Shown: piece by piece, positions 27,726 to 36,900 of the stretch
Position numbering within the stretch: position 1 is the first letter of the stretch
Layout of the letters: every line of letters starts with the position of its first letter
Assembly: GCA_036385045.1 (NCBI GenBank)
Contig: DASVLC010000138.1
Span: 2,566-66,565, forward strand
Length of the DNA: 64,000 nucleotides
Direction: 5' to 3'
DNA from: Thermoanaerobaculia bacterium
GTDB taxonomy: Bacteria; Acidobacteriota; Thermoanaerobaculia; Gp7-AA8
Notes under the pieces: model-generated
Seen by the model: only the letters and a program-made list of their open reading frames with translations
What the model was told of the DNA's origin: nothing
Database searches by the model: none
Translations under genes and position numbers: made by a program

Positions 27726-28808
27726 ATGACACGACTGCTGCTGACGGCTGTTGCCTTGTTGTTCGCCTATCCTGCTCTGTCCAGCCCACGCCCCGTCCCC
27801 TGCGACTCGATCAGCGGTTATCGCGAGTGCCGTGTCGGCACGAGCGGAACGATCCTGCTCGTCGCGGAGAGAAGTGATGACCTCTGCAGGGAGGGGATCA
27901 GTTGGGGAACCGCATCGGACGGAGTCGTCTGGGTGGATCGCGGCTGCCGCGGGCTCTTCCGCGCCAGATCTTCAATCGGAGGGCGGGTCGTATGCGAATC
28001 GCTGGACGGCGAACGCAAGGTTTGCACGGCCGACACAACCACTGGAGTATCCCTTGCGCGACAACTGAGCAAAGCTGCCTGTTTCGAGGGAGAAACCTGG
28101 GGGTATCAGGATGGGCGCGACGAGATCTGGGTCGATCAGGGATGCCGTGGTGAGTTTCTCCTCGCCCCTGCTGCGCCGCGCTCGCGGACTCCGAACACGC
28201 TGCACAGCGCGGTCGTCTGCGAATCGCGTAATGGCCGTCGCGCCGAATGTGTGGCGAACACCATAGACGGCGTTCAGATCATTCGTCACCTCAGTGATAG
28301 CGAGTGCCGCTTCGGCACCCACTGGGGATACGACGCCAAAAAGATCTGGGTGACCGGCGGATGCCGCGCCGAATTTGCCGTACGCGGAGATGCCAAAGCC
28401 ATGGCCACATCGCTCGAGTGCGAGTCGAGAAACCTGCGACGCAACTGCGAGGGCGATACCCGCCTCGGCGTTGCCCTCATGCGACAACTGAGTGAGAAGA
28501 AGTGCATCCTCGACGAAACCTGGGGCTTCGACGACCAGGCCGTCTGGGTGACGGATGGCTGTCACGGCCAGTTCGCGCTCGGTGGATTCCGTCTTCCCGA
28601 GGACGCCATCCCCGCGACCGCAACACGCATCACCTGCGAATCCGTGGATGGAACGCCGACACGCTGCCCGATCGATGCCTCACGTGGCGCGGGTCTCGTG
28701 CGTCAGATCAGCGACACCGACTGCGTGCTCAATCGCACCTGGGGCTACGATCGCGAAGGAATCTGGGTGAGCGGTGGCTGTCGAGCCGAGTTTGCTGTAG
28801 CCAGGTGA
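27726..28808 (+). CDS. Secreted protein made of five tandem DUF3011-like Cys-containing repeats
   Basis: Signal peptide MTRLLLTAVALLFAYPALSS. Five ~60-aa repeats of the pattern C-E-S-x3-R-x2-C-x10-RQLS-x2-C-x4-WGY-x4-IWV-x2-GCR-x-EF. The DUF3011 name is from memory. Confidence 0.75.
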   Translation: MTRLLLTAVALLFAYPALSSPRPVPCDSISGYRECRVGTSGTILLVAERSDDLCREGISWGTASDGVVWVDRGCRGLFRARSSIGGRVVCESLDGERKVCTADTTTGVSLARQLSKAACFEGETWGYQDGRDEIWVDQGCRGEFLLAPAAPRSRTPNTLHSAVVCESRNGRRAECVANTIDGVQIIRHLSDSECRFGTHWGYDAKKIWVTGGCRAEFAVRGDAKAMATSLECESRNLRRNCEGDTRLGVALMRQLSEKKCILDETWGFDDQAVWVTDGCHGQFALGGFRLPEDAIPATATRITCESVDGTPTRCPIDASRGAGLVRQISDTDCVLNRTWGYDREGIWVSGGCRAEFAVAR

Positions 28809-28842
28809 AAGAGTCCGTGCCGCGGCGGCGGGATCGGAGCGG

Positions 28843-29595
28843 TTGCGTTACCCTCGTCAGGCACTCATGAACGTCACACGCACCGGGGACACGGCATTCA
28901 CCGCAGCATTCGAGAGTGAACAGGAGGTCAGGGACGAGCATCAGGCGAACCTGTCCTTCGGAGCGCTGCGCCTCGCGACTTCGGAGAAACTCGCTCTCGA
29001 CACGAAAGTCGAGGTGATCCTCCGCGGACCGTGGGGCGGAGAGATCGTCCTGCGCGGCTTCGTCGTGGCAGCGCTCGCAGATGGAATCGCGCTCGGGGTC
29101 GAAGGCGATCCGGACGAGATACTTGGCCGATTGCTGGCCAGGCCGCAGGAAGAGCAGCCCGGCGACGATGGCGAGCCGGAGTCCCCGGCAACGAGCGCAA
29201 ACGTCTGGGATCGGGTGCGGAGACTCTCGCAGATCGAGAAAATCTTTCTCGCGGTAAAAGCCGATCGGACGGAGCGATCTCTTCTTCTCCAGGACAACGA
29301 CCCAAGAGTGCTCCTGTCTCTTCTTCGGAATCCTCGCCTGACTGTCGACGAAGTCGCACGGCTGGCGAAGTCGTCGTTCCTCACCTTCCAGATCGCCGAA
29401 GTCATCATGAAGACGAGCCAGTGGATGGCGAGTCTCGACGTGCGGCTGGGGCTCATCCGGAACCCGAAGACCCCTCAGGCGTTCGCGCTCCGGATCCTTC
29501 CATCGCTCCCGGACTCCGAAGTCCGCGCGATTGCGCGCGCCGGAACGAGCATGGCGCTCAAACAGGCCGCGCTGCGACGAATGCAGGGAAAATGA
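28843..29595 (+). CDS. Hypothetical protein with non-canonical PilZ-like N-terminal domain and helical-repeat (LRV/HEAT-like) C-terminus
   Basis: TTG start at 28843, with an alternative ATG at 28867. N-terminus FESEQEVRDEHQANLSFGALRLAT...VEVILRGPWGGEIVLRGFVV resembles PilZ-type beta-barrels that lack RxxxR. C-terminus has repeated LLRNPRLT / LIRNPKTP motifs. Confidence 0.55.
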   Translation: MRYPRQALMNVTRTGDTAFTAAFESEQEVRDEHQANLSFGALRLATSEKLALDTKVEVILRGPWGGEIVLRGFVVAALADGIALGVEGDPDEILGRLLARPQEEQPGDDGEPESPATSANVWDRVRRLSQIEKIFLAVKADRTERSLLLQDNDPRVLLSLLRNPRLTVDEVARLAKSSFLTFQIAEVIMKTSQWMASLDVRLGLIRNPKTPQAFALRILPSLPDSEVRAIARAGTSMALKQAALRRMQGK

Positions 29596-29756
29596 CGAGG
29601 AGCTTCTGCTGACTCTTTGTCCTCAGTGGTGAATCAACCACCTTCCAGATTACGAAAGGCGAAGTAGCCGCACTCGCTATACCCAACGCGTTACGGAGTA
29701 CGCAGCCTGCCAGGCCCCTCGCATGCCCGCCCACCCTCCCGCTCGGGGTGACATCT

Positions 29757-29988
29757 CAATGGCCTTAACTTTAGGCAAAAGTCGCACACTCTCCTTCACG
29801 TTTCGTCCGCCTCCGAGCGAGCCACCCCCACCACAGTGTGCGTCGCGTCAAGGCGCTGTCATCCCGAGCGTAGCGAGGGATCTGGGTGGCTGGGCGGTGC
29901 CAAACACGAGCATCGCACCGCCCGCCCACCCAGATCCTCACGCTACGCTCAGGATGACAGCCTTGTAGGCCTAAAGTTAAGGCCATTG
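29757..29988. mobile_element. 232-bp non-coding MITE-like element with perfect 20-bp terminal inverted repeats and 11-bp flanking direct repeat
   Basis: TIRs are CAATGGCCTTAACTTTAGGC (29757-29776) and GCCTAAAGTTAAGGCCATTG (29969-29988). Identical flanks GGGTGACATCT at 29746-29756 and 29989-29999. It carries a family B hairpin internally and has no ORF. Confidence 0.6.
29856..29960. repeat. Family B ~105-bp palindromic element (copy 1, nested in the MITE-like element)
   Basis: CTGTCATCCCGAGCGTAGCGAGGGATCTGGGTGGCTGGGCGGTGC ... GCACCGCCCGCCCACCCAGATCCTCACGCTACGCTCAGGATGACAG. The arms are ~85-90% complementary. Confidence 0.85.
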
Positions 29989-30025
29989 GGGTGACATCTG
30001 CCTGTCATCCAGCCTGTCATCCAGC

Positions 30026-30207
30026 CTGTCACCCCGAGCGCGCCGAAGCCCCGGGGGTGGGCGTGTGGGTGTGAAGGGCGGAGGACGGAGAGGGATCCCT
30101 TGCCGACGACCCACGATCGAGCGATACGCAGCTGGATGGGCGTCCGTTCCTGCCCGGTCGTCGAGTCAGGAATCCCTCGCCACCACGCCGCCGCTCGGGA
30201 TGACCGG
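30026..30207. repeat. Family C ~185-bp element (copy 1, reverse orientation relative to copy 2)
   Basis: Termini CTGTCACCCCGAGCG ... CGCTCGGGATGACCGG. Its reverse complement aligns along its length with 44341-44531 (shared blocks GGTGGCGAGGGAT, GGCAAGGGATCCCTCTCCGTCCTCCGCCC, CCACCCCCGGGGCT). Confidence 0.8.
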
Positions 30208-30239
30208 CACGAATGACAGGCGGAGAGAACAGCGCACCG

Positions 30240-31298
30240 CTACTCCGAACCGGAAGCGCGGTTCGTCAGCAGCATGAAACCGATCATCTTGTAGAGGAGA
30301 CGTGCGCCGACGTTCGCGTCCCACTCGGTTTCACCCGGCGAGACTTCGCAGAGGTCGAGGCCGACGATGCGCTTGCCGGACCGATGGATCGCGCGAAGCA
30401 GGCCGATCGCTTCATTCCAGGAGAGACCACCGGGTACCGGTGTGCCGGTGCCGGGGCATAACGTCGGATCGAGGCCGTCGATGTCCCACGAGAGATAGAT
30501 ATCGTCCGGGAGATGGGCGACGATCGAATCCGCCAGCGTTGCGAACGGAACGCCCTCCTCTTTCTTTACGGCGAGCTCGGCGTCGTAGAAGGTCACGATT
30601 GTTCCGCCGGACTCGTCGATCATCCGTCGTTCTGCCTGACCGAGATCGCGCACGCCCACCTGAACGAGCTTCGATACCCCTTCGATCCTGGTCATCACAT
30701 TGTGAAAGATCGACGCATGTGAGAAGGCGAAGCCTTCGTAGGCTTCGCGAAGGTCGGCATGAGCGTCCAGGTGCAGGATTCCGATACCGGGATACCTCTC
30801 GGCGTAAGCGCGAATGGCGCCGAACGGCACCGAGTGATCGCCGCCGAGGATGACCGGGATCTTGTCGTCGTGAAGAAGAGCGATCGTCTGCTCGTACACC
30901 CACTCGTTCATCCGTTCGCTGTGTTCGTTGACCTTCTCGGCGGCCGCACGCGTCTTGTCGTCGACGACTCCACCGCGCTCGATCACGATCTCTGCCTGGC
31001 GCTTCGCTGTCACGCTCCAGTCGTGTACGAGCTTCGGGATCTCCATCATCGCGATCCCCGAGGCGTAAGGCTTGCCGGTCTCCTGATCGAACAGATCGAC
31101 CTGCTTCGAAGCGTGAAGGATCGCCAGCGGCCCCTGCGAAGTCCCGCCTCCATACGACGTCGTCGCCTCGAAAGGCACCGGAACGACGACGACACGCGAG
31201 TTCTCGGTGGAGAACGGAAGACCGTAGATGCCGCTCTCGGCGGGAGCCGCGGCATCGGGATCGAATTCGGATGGAAGGATCGCGTAGGGTTCAGACAT
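30240..31298 (-). CDS. Agmatinase/arginase (ureohydrolase) family protein
   Basis: Mn-binding motifs GGDHSV, LHLDAHADLR, SWDIDGLDP; 352 aa. Confidence 0.85.
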   Translation of the reverse strand: MSEPYAILPSEFDPDAAAPAESGIYGLPFSTENSRVVVVPVPFEATTSYGGGTSQGPLAILHASKQVDLFDQETGKPYASGIAMMEIPKLVHDWSVTAKRQAEIVIERGGVVDDKTRAAAEKVNEHSERMNEWVYEQTIALLHDDKIPVILGGDHSVPFGAIRAYAERYPGIGILHLDAHADLREAYEGFAFSHASIFHNVMTRIEGVSKLVQVGVRDLGQAERRMIDESGGTIVTFYDAELAVKKEEGVPFATLADSIVAHLPDDIYLSWDIDGLDPTLCPGTGTPVPGGLSWNEAIGLLRAIHRSGKRIVGLDLCEVSPGETEWDANVGARLLYKMIGFMLLTNRASGSE

Positions 31299-31302
31299 TT
31301 CT

Positions 31303-31590
31303 CTAGTCGTAATCCATCGGATTGAATGGCTTCTCGTCGCTCTTCTCGGCGCGCTGAAGCGCTTCCTTGAATCGCTCTTCGAGAATCCGTGCGCGATCCT
31401 TCTGGCTCTCGAGTTGCCGGTCGAATCGTTTGGCCGCCTCGCTCTTCTGCGACTCCAGGCCGGCGACCATCGACTCGAGGCTGCCTCCCGCTTTCACTTC
31501 CTTTGCTTTGTGCAGAAGGATCTCGCCGCTCTGCCGGTCGACGACCAGCATTGCCTGGCAGCAGGGACAGATGAGCTCGAAGTTGGCCAT
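31303..31590 (-). CDS. Small hypothetical protein (CxxC N-terminus plus charged coiled-coil tail)
   Basis: 95 aa, MANFELICPCCQAMLVVDRQSGEILLH, then a Lys/Glu-rich helix. It ends 4 nt before the agmatinase-family gene start, so co-transcription is likely. Confidence 0.6.
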   Translation of the reverse strand: MANFELICPCCQAMLVVDRQSGEILLHKAKEVKAGGSLESMVAGLESQKSEAAKRFDRQLESQKDRARILEERFKEALQRAEKSDEKPFNPMDYD

Positions 31591-31753
31591 GGCGCGATTT
31601 TATGACAGTCCGGTGGGAGGAGAGTCAAAGACCGGGCGCGGAGCTCGGGCTCGGGCGCGGGTCGGGAAAAGAAGAGAGTCTCGCGCACATCACCACGAGA
31701 CGCTCGCCGCCGTTGTTGCTCCCCGAACGACTCGCCTGACAAGAGCCTTGTCG

Positions 31754-31913
31754 CCCCTCTCCCGCGATTCTAGCGGGGAGAGGGTGGCCGAAGGCCGGGT
31801 GAGGGGCCGCGCATCGGCCATACGCGAGCAAATTGCAAGTGCAGGGCGGTAGTTCGCCCCTCCCTGATCCGCCTTCGGCACCTTCTCCCCCGCAAAAAGC
31901 GAGGGGGAGAGAA
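31754..31913. repeat. Intergenic hairpin repeats (CCCCTCTCCCGC/GCGGGGAGAGGG type)
   Basis: Hairpin 31754-31784 is CCCCTCTCCCGC-GATTCTA-GCGGGGAGAGGG, followed by GTGGCCGAAGGCCGGGTGAGGGG. Hairpin 31881-31913 is CCTTCTCCCCCGC-AAAAA-GCGAGGGGGAGAAGG. Confidence 0.75.
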
Positions 31914-31950
31914 GGGCAACAAGGCAAGGGGGGAGGAAGGACGCCGTCAT

Positions 31951-33087
31951 TCACGAACCAGCCAGCGCCCCCGCGAGATCCGCAATCAGGTCATCCGGAT
32001 GCTCCAGTCCGATCGACAATCGCAGCAGGTTCTCGGGCGTAGTGCTTCCCTCCCCTTCGCTCGAGTGTCGGTGCTCGATGAGACTCTCGACTCCGCCGAG
32101 AGACGTGGCACGAACGAAGAGTCTCGTTCTCCCGGTCACGGCGAGGGTGTCTTCGCGCGTACCGCGGACGCGGAACGAGAGAATCCCTCCGAATCGCGAC
32201 ATCTGGCGCTGCGCGATGTCATGACCGGGATGATCGGGACGACCGGGGTAGTGAACCGAGTCGACGCGCGGATGCGAGGCGAGGAAAGCGGCGACCGCTT
32301 CGGCGTTGTCGCAATGTACGCGCATCCGGGCGGCGAGGGTTCGAATGCCGCGCAGAACGAGCCAGGAATTGAAGGGCGAGCTGACGGCGCCGAGGGTCTC
32401 GCGGATCTCGAGGACTTCGTCGTGCCACTGATCACGAACGCGAAACGCGAGAGAGCCGCCCTGTACGTCGGAATGACCGCCGAGGTACTTCGTCGTGGAG
32501 TGGAGCACGACGTCAGCTCCGAGCTCGAGGGGGCGCTGGAGCGCCGGTGTGGCGAAGGTGCCGTCGACCACGAGCCGCGCGCCATGTTTGCGGGCGACCA
32601 ACGCGAGGCCGTCGAGATCGACGATCTTCAACAGCGGGTTCGATGGCGTCTCGGCCCAGAGCACTGCATCGGCCGTCTGTCTGGAGCTCGCGAGCACAGC
32701 GTCAACGAATTCCAGATCGTCCATCGGTACGATCGAATACGTGATTCCCCAACGCTCGAGTGAGGTCGTAGCGAGCCGGCGGAAGCCGTAGTAACAATCG
32801 TCAGGAAAGAAAACGTGCGTCCCGCGGGGCAGCGCCTGGAGCAATGCGGCTCCAGCCGCCATTCCCGAAGCAAAGACCAGCGAGGCTTCGGCCGAGTCGA
32901 TGGCGGCCAGAGCCGTCTCCAGTCGCGTCTGTGTCGGATTGCCATCACGGACATAGGAGAAGCCGTGGGAGGGCTCTCCGGCTGGCGTACGCTCGTACGT
33001 GGTCGAGAGATGAATCGGAGGGGCGACGGCTCCCGTCTCGGGATCGACCTCCATTCCGCTATGGACTGCCGTGGTTTCGAATCGCAT
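31951..33087 (-). CDS. Trans-sulfuration PLP enzyme (cystathionine gamma-synthase / beta-lyase / gamma-lyase family)
   Basis: Start taken at MRFETTAVHSG (ATG 33085-33087). PLP-lysine motif HSTTKYLGGHSD; ~378 aa, typical for the family. Confidence 0.85.
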   Translation of the reverse strand: MRFETTAVHSGMEVDPETGAVAPPIHLSTTYERTPAGEPSHGFSYVRDGNPTQTRLETALAAIDSAEASLVFASGMAAGAALLQALPRGTHVFFPDDCYYGFRRLATTSLERWGITYSIVPMDDLEFVDAVLASSRQTADAVLWAETPSNPLLKIVDLDGLALVARKHGARLVVDGTFATPALQRPLELGADVVLHSTTKYLGGHSDVQGGSLAFRVRDQWHDEVLEIRETLGAVSSPFNSWLVLRGIRTLAARMRVHCDNAEAVAAFLASHPRVDSVHYPGRPDHPGHDIAQRQMSRFGGILSFRVRGTREDTLAVTGRTRLFVRATSLGGVESLIEHRHSSEGEGSTTPENLLRLSIGLEHPDDLIADLAGALAGS

Positions 33088-33145
33088 CCCGGCATTGTTT
33101 CGCCGCGGGAATGAGATGGCAAACGGCTCGTGATAACTTGCCCGA

Positions 33146-33814
33146 ATGTTTCGACTTGGCTCGATCGGGCGCACCTCGATTCATCTCGACCTCAGCTTCC
33201 TGATCCTCATCGCCTTCTTCGTGGCGATGAACTACAACCAGAGCCTTGGCCTGCACTGGGCCCTGCTCTGGATACCCGTGATCTTCATCTCGGTCCTGAT
33301 CCACGAACTCGCGCATGCGGGCATGATCGCGGGGCTCGGTTTCGGAGCGAGCCAGATCATCCTCGGCGGCATGGGAGGCGTGACGATCAACCAGCGCGCT
33401 GCCAAACCGTGGCAGGACATGTTGATCAGTGTTGCCGGACCATTCGCCAGCTTCGGTCTGATGTTTCTCGCCGCGTGGATGCGGACAAACGTCGGGTTCA
33501 TTCGCGACGACGCGATGTTCAACCCGATGTTTCACCTGCTCACTCTCGCCAATCTGTTCTGGGGAATCTTCAACCTCATCCCTGTCCCTCCGCTCGATGG
33601 CGGTCATGCCACGCGTGACTTTTTCCGCATGTTTCTCGCCGAACGGCCCGCCTTCGTCATCTCGATCTGGATCGCCATGGTGGCCGGAGGCGTCATCGCA
33701 ATCTGGGCGTTCAGCCGGGGCCAGTTCTTCATCGCACTCTTCATCGCCTGGTTCACATTCTCCGCGTTCCAGCGCTGGCAGCAGTACAAAGACGAGGGAG
33801 TACCAGGTGACTGA
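33146..33814 (+). CDS. Site-2 protease family (M50) membrane metalloprotease
   Basis: HExxH in a TM helix (VLIHELAHAG), second motif NLIPVPPLDGGH, multiple TM helices. Confidence 0.8.
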   Translation: MFRLGSIGRTSIHLDLSFLILIAFFVAMNYNQSLGLHWALLWIPVIFISVLIHELAHAGMIAGLGFGASQIILGGMGGVTINQRAAKPWQDMLISVAGPFASFGLMFLAAWMRTNVGFIRDDAMFNPMFHLLTLANLFWGIFNLIPVPPLDGGHATRDFFRMFLAERPAFVISIWIAMVAGGVIAIWAFSRGQFFIALFIAWFTFSAFQRWQQYKDEGVPGD

Positions 33815-33907
33815 CCGCGGGCGCTGCGCATCTGCCCAAGAGCGTGGGCAGTCCAACGGCTGATCCGGGCTAGAATCTCCCAAACCGCCAGTGGATCCCT
33901 CTCCCAG

Positions 33908-36900
33908 ATGACGACGCCGTCACAAATAACCCCAGCAGCTGATGGAGCCTCGCCACGGCTGATGCGGGCGTGGCGCACACTCGCCCGACTCGTGAGAGGC
34001 GAGCGCGCCGCATCGCGAGATGCGCTGCGAACCAGCAAGGCCATTCTGAAGGCCCAGCAGGAAGCGACCCTCGACGGCATCCTCGTCGTCGACATGAGGG
34101 GAAAGGTCCTCTCCTTCAACCGGCAGTTCCTCGAGATCTGGAGAATCCCGGAAGAGGTCGCAAACCGGGCGGATGACAACGAGCTTCTCGGCTACGCCGT
34201 CGAGGCAGTCGATGCGTGGGAACCGTTCATCGAGACCGTCAACTACCTGTATGAGCACCCGCTCGAAGTACGTACTGCCGATCCTGTGAAGTTAAAGGAT
34301 GGGCGAACTCTGCTGCGCGGCTCGATTCCGATCATCGTCGACGGTGAGGTCCGCGGGCGTTCGTGGCTTTTTCGGGACGTATCAGAGAGCGTCAAGGCCG
34401 ACCAGCTGCAGTCAGCTCTCTTCCGGATCGCACAAATCAGCCGCGAATGGTCCGGACCGGAGGCGTTCTATGCCGCGGTGCATGCAGTTGTCGGGGAGCT
34501 CATGCATGCCCGAAATTTCTTCATCGCCGAATACGACAGCAGAAGCGACCGCCTGACGTTTCCCTATTTTGTCGACGAAAAGGACGTGACCCCGCAGGCG
34601 ACATGTCCCGGCCGCGGCCTCACCTCCTGGGTCCTGCGCAATGGGCAACCCTTGCTGGCCACCCCTGACGTCTTCTCGACACTGCTCGCCTCGGGCGAGG
34701 TCGAGCAGATTGGTCCGGCTTCGGTCGACTGGCTGGGAGTTCCGCTCCAGACGGCGGGCAGGACGTGGGGCGTGATCGCAACGCAGTCCTACAGCGAGCG
34801 AATCCGCTACACGGAGAGGGATCGCGACGTTCTGGTCTTCGTCGCCGGCCACATCGCTTCGGCGATCGAGCATCAGCGCAAAGAGGAGGCTCTCCGAAAG
34901 AGCGAGAGCCTCTACCGCCAGATGTTCGAAAACAACCGGGCTGTCAAGCTTCTCATCGATCCGGAAACCGGTGCGGTGACTGACGTCAACCGTGCGGCCT
35001 GCGATTTCTACGGCTATCCGCGCGAAGTGCTGACCTCGATGAAGATCTGGGACATCAACATCCGTTCGGAAGCAGAGTTGCGGCGTTCCCTCGACAGCGC
35101 GGCCACCAGTGAGCGTACCTACTTCCAGTTCCAGCACCGCCGAGCCGACGGCGAGATCCGCGACGTGGAGATTCATACCGGTCCAGTTGAATTGAACGGC
35201 CGCAAACTCCTGTACTCGATCGTCCACGACATCACAGAGCGAAAGCATGCCGAGCAGGCGCTCCACCGCTCAGAAGAACAGTACCGCGTGATCTTCGACT
35301 ACGCGCCGGTCGGCATCTATCAGTCGACCCGCGACGGCCGGTTCGTGACCGCGAATGCCGCCCTTGCACGAATGCTCGGCTACTCATCGGTCGAAGAGCT
35401 GACTCAATTGAATCTCGAGCAGGATGTCTACCTGGATGCCATCCAGCGACAGGAGTTGATACGCCGGTTCGAGCCGTTCGGTTACGCGGAGAGTGTGGAG
35501 CTCCAGTGGAAGAAGAAGGACGGTTCGGCGATCTGGGTTCAGCTCAGCGCCCACGCCGTGCGGGCTCGCGACGGCGGCATGTTCTTCGAGGGATTCGTTT
35601 ACGACATCACTCAGAGAAAAAGGGCCGAGGAGATGCTCCGCAAGCACTCCGCCGCGATGACCGCATCGATGGATGGAATCGGGATCCTGGACGAACGGCT
35701 CGAGTTCAGCTACGTGAACGAATCCCTCTCCCGTCTGTTCGGGTACTCGGAGCCGACTGCGCTGCACGGACGATCACTCTGTGATCTCTACGAGCCGCAG
35801 GAGCAGATCCGATTCGTTACCTCGATCGTGCCCATCGTCCACGAGAACGGCCGCTGGCGTGGCGAGGCGGCCGGGCTCCGGCGCGACGGACACGTTTTCC
35901 CCCAGGAGATCTCGCTGACTTCCATCGGCGGCGGGGGCATGGTGTGTGTGGTCCGCGACGTGACCGAGCGCACCTATGCCGAGGAGCAGATCAAGCACCT
36001 CGCCTATCACGATGCCCTGACCAACCTGCCGAACCGGCTTCTGTTCAAGGACCGGCTCACGGTGGCACTCTCACACGCTCACCGCGACGACTCGCGACTC
36101 GCAGTCCTGTTCCTCGATCTCGACCGTTTCAAGGTGATCAACGACTCGCTCGGGCACACGCTCGGCGACCAGCTCCTCCAGGCGGTCGCCACGCGCGTTC
36201 AGTCCTGCCTCAGAGACAGCGATACGGTCGCCCGCCTCGGGGGAGACGAATTCACGGTCCTGCTGCCCGGGCTCCACCATTCCGAGGATGCGGTACCGGT
36301 CGCGACCAAGATCATCGATGCAATCCGCCACCCGATTCATCTCGAAGGGCGTGAATTCTTCATCACCACCAGCATCGGGATCAGCCTCTTTCCGGAAGAC
36401 GGCACCGATGCGGAGACTCTGATCAAGAACGCCGACACGGCGATGTATCAGGCGAAGGAACTGGGACGCGACAACTACCAGATGTTCAATGCCGTCGTGA
36501 ATGCGAAGGCCCTTCAGAGGATCGCACTCGAACACGGCCTGCGGCGGGCACTGGCGCACGAGGAGCTCGAGGTGCATTACCAGCCGATCCTCGACTTCAG
36601 GACCGCCCGCATCACCGGCGTCGAGGCGCTTCTCCGGTGGACTCACCCTCAGATGGGAAGCGTCCCTCCCGCGACGTTCATCCCGCTCGCCGAGGCCACC
36701 GGCGTGATGCTGCCGATCGGCGCCTGGGCGTTACGGCAGGCGTGCACTCAGGCGAAAGCATGGCACGATGAAGGGCACCGCGCGCTCTCACTCGCAGTCA
36801 ATCTCTCGGTCACCCAGCTCCAGCAACCGGACCTCGTCGGGCTGGTGCAATCGGTGCTCGCCGACACGGGGTTCCCTGCCCGGCTGCTGGAGTTGGAAAT

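Noticed and set aside
29757-29988. Integron attC-like site (GCCTAA...TTAGGC-type ends; also GTTAGGC at ~44297)
   Set aside because: The core sites do not match RYYYAAC/GTTRRRY in the required arrangement. There is no integrase or attI, and the flanking 11-bp duplication fits transposition better.
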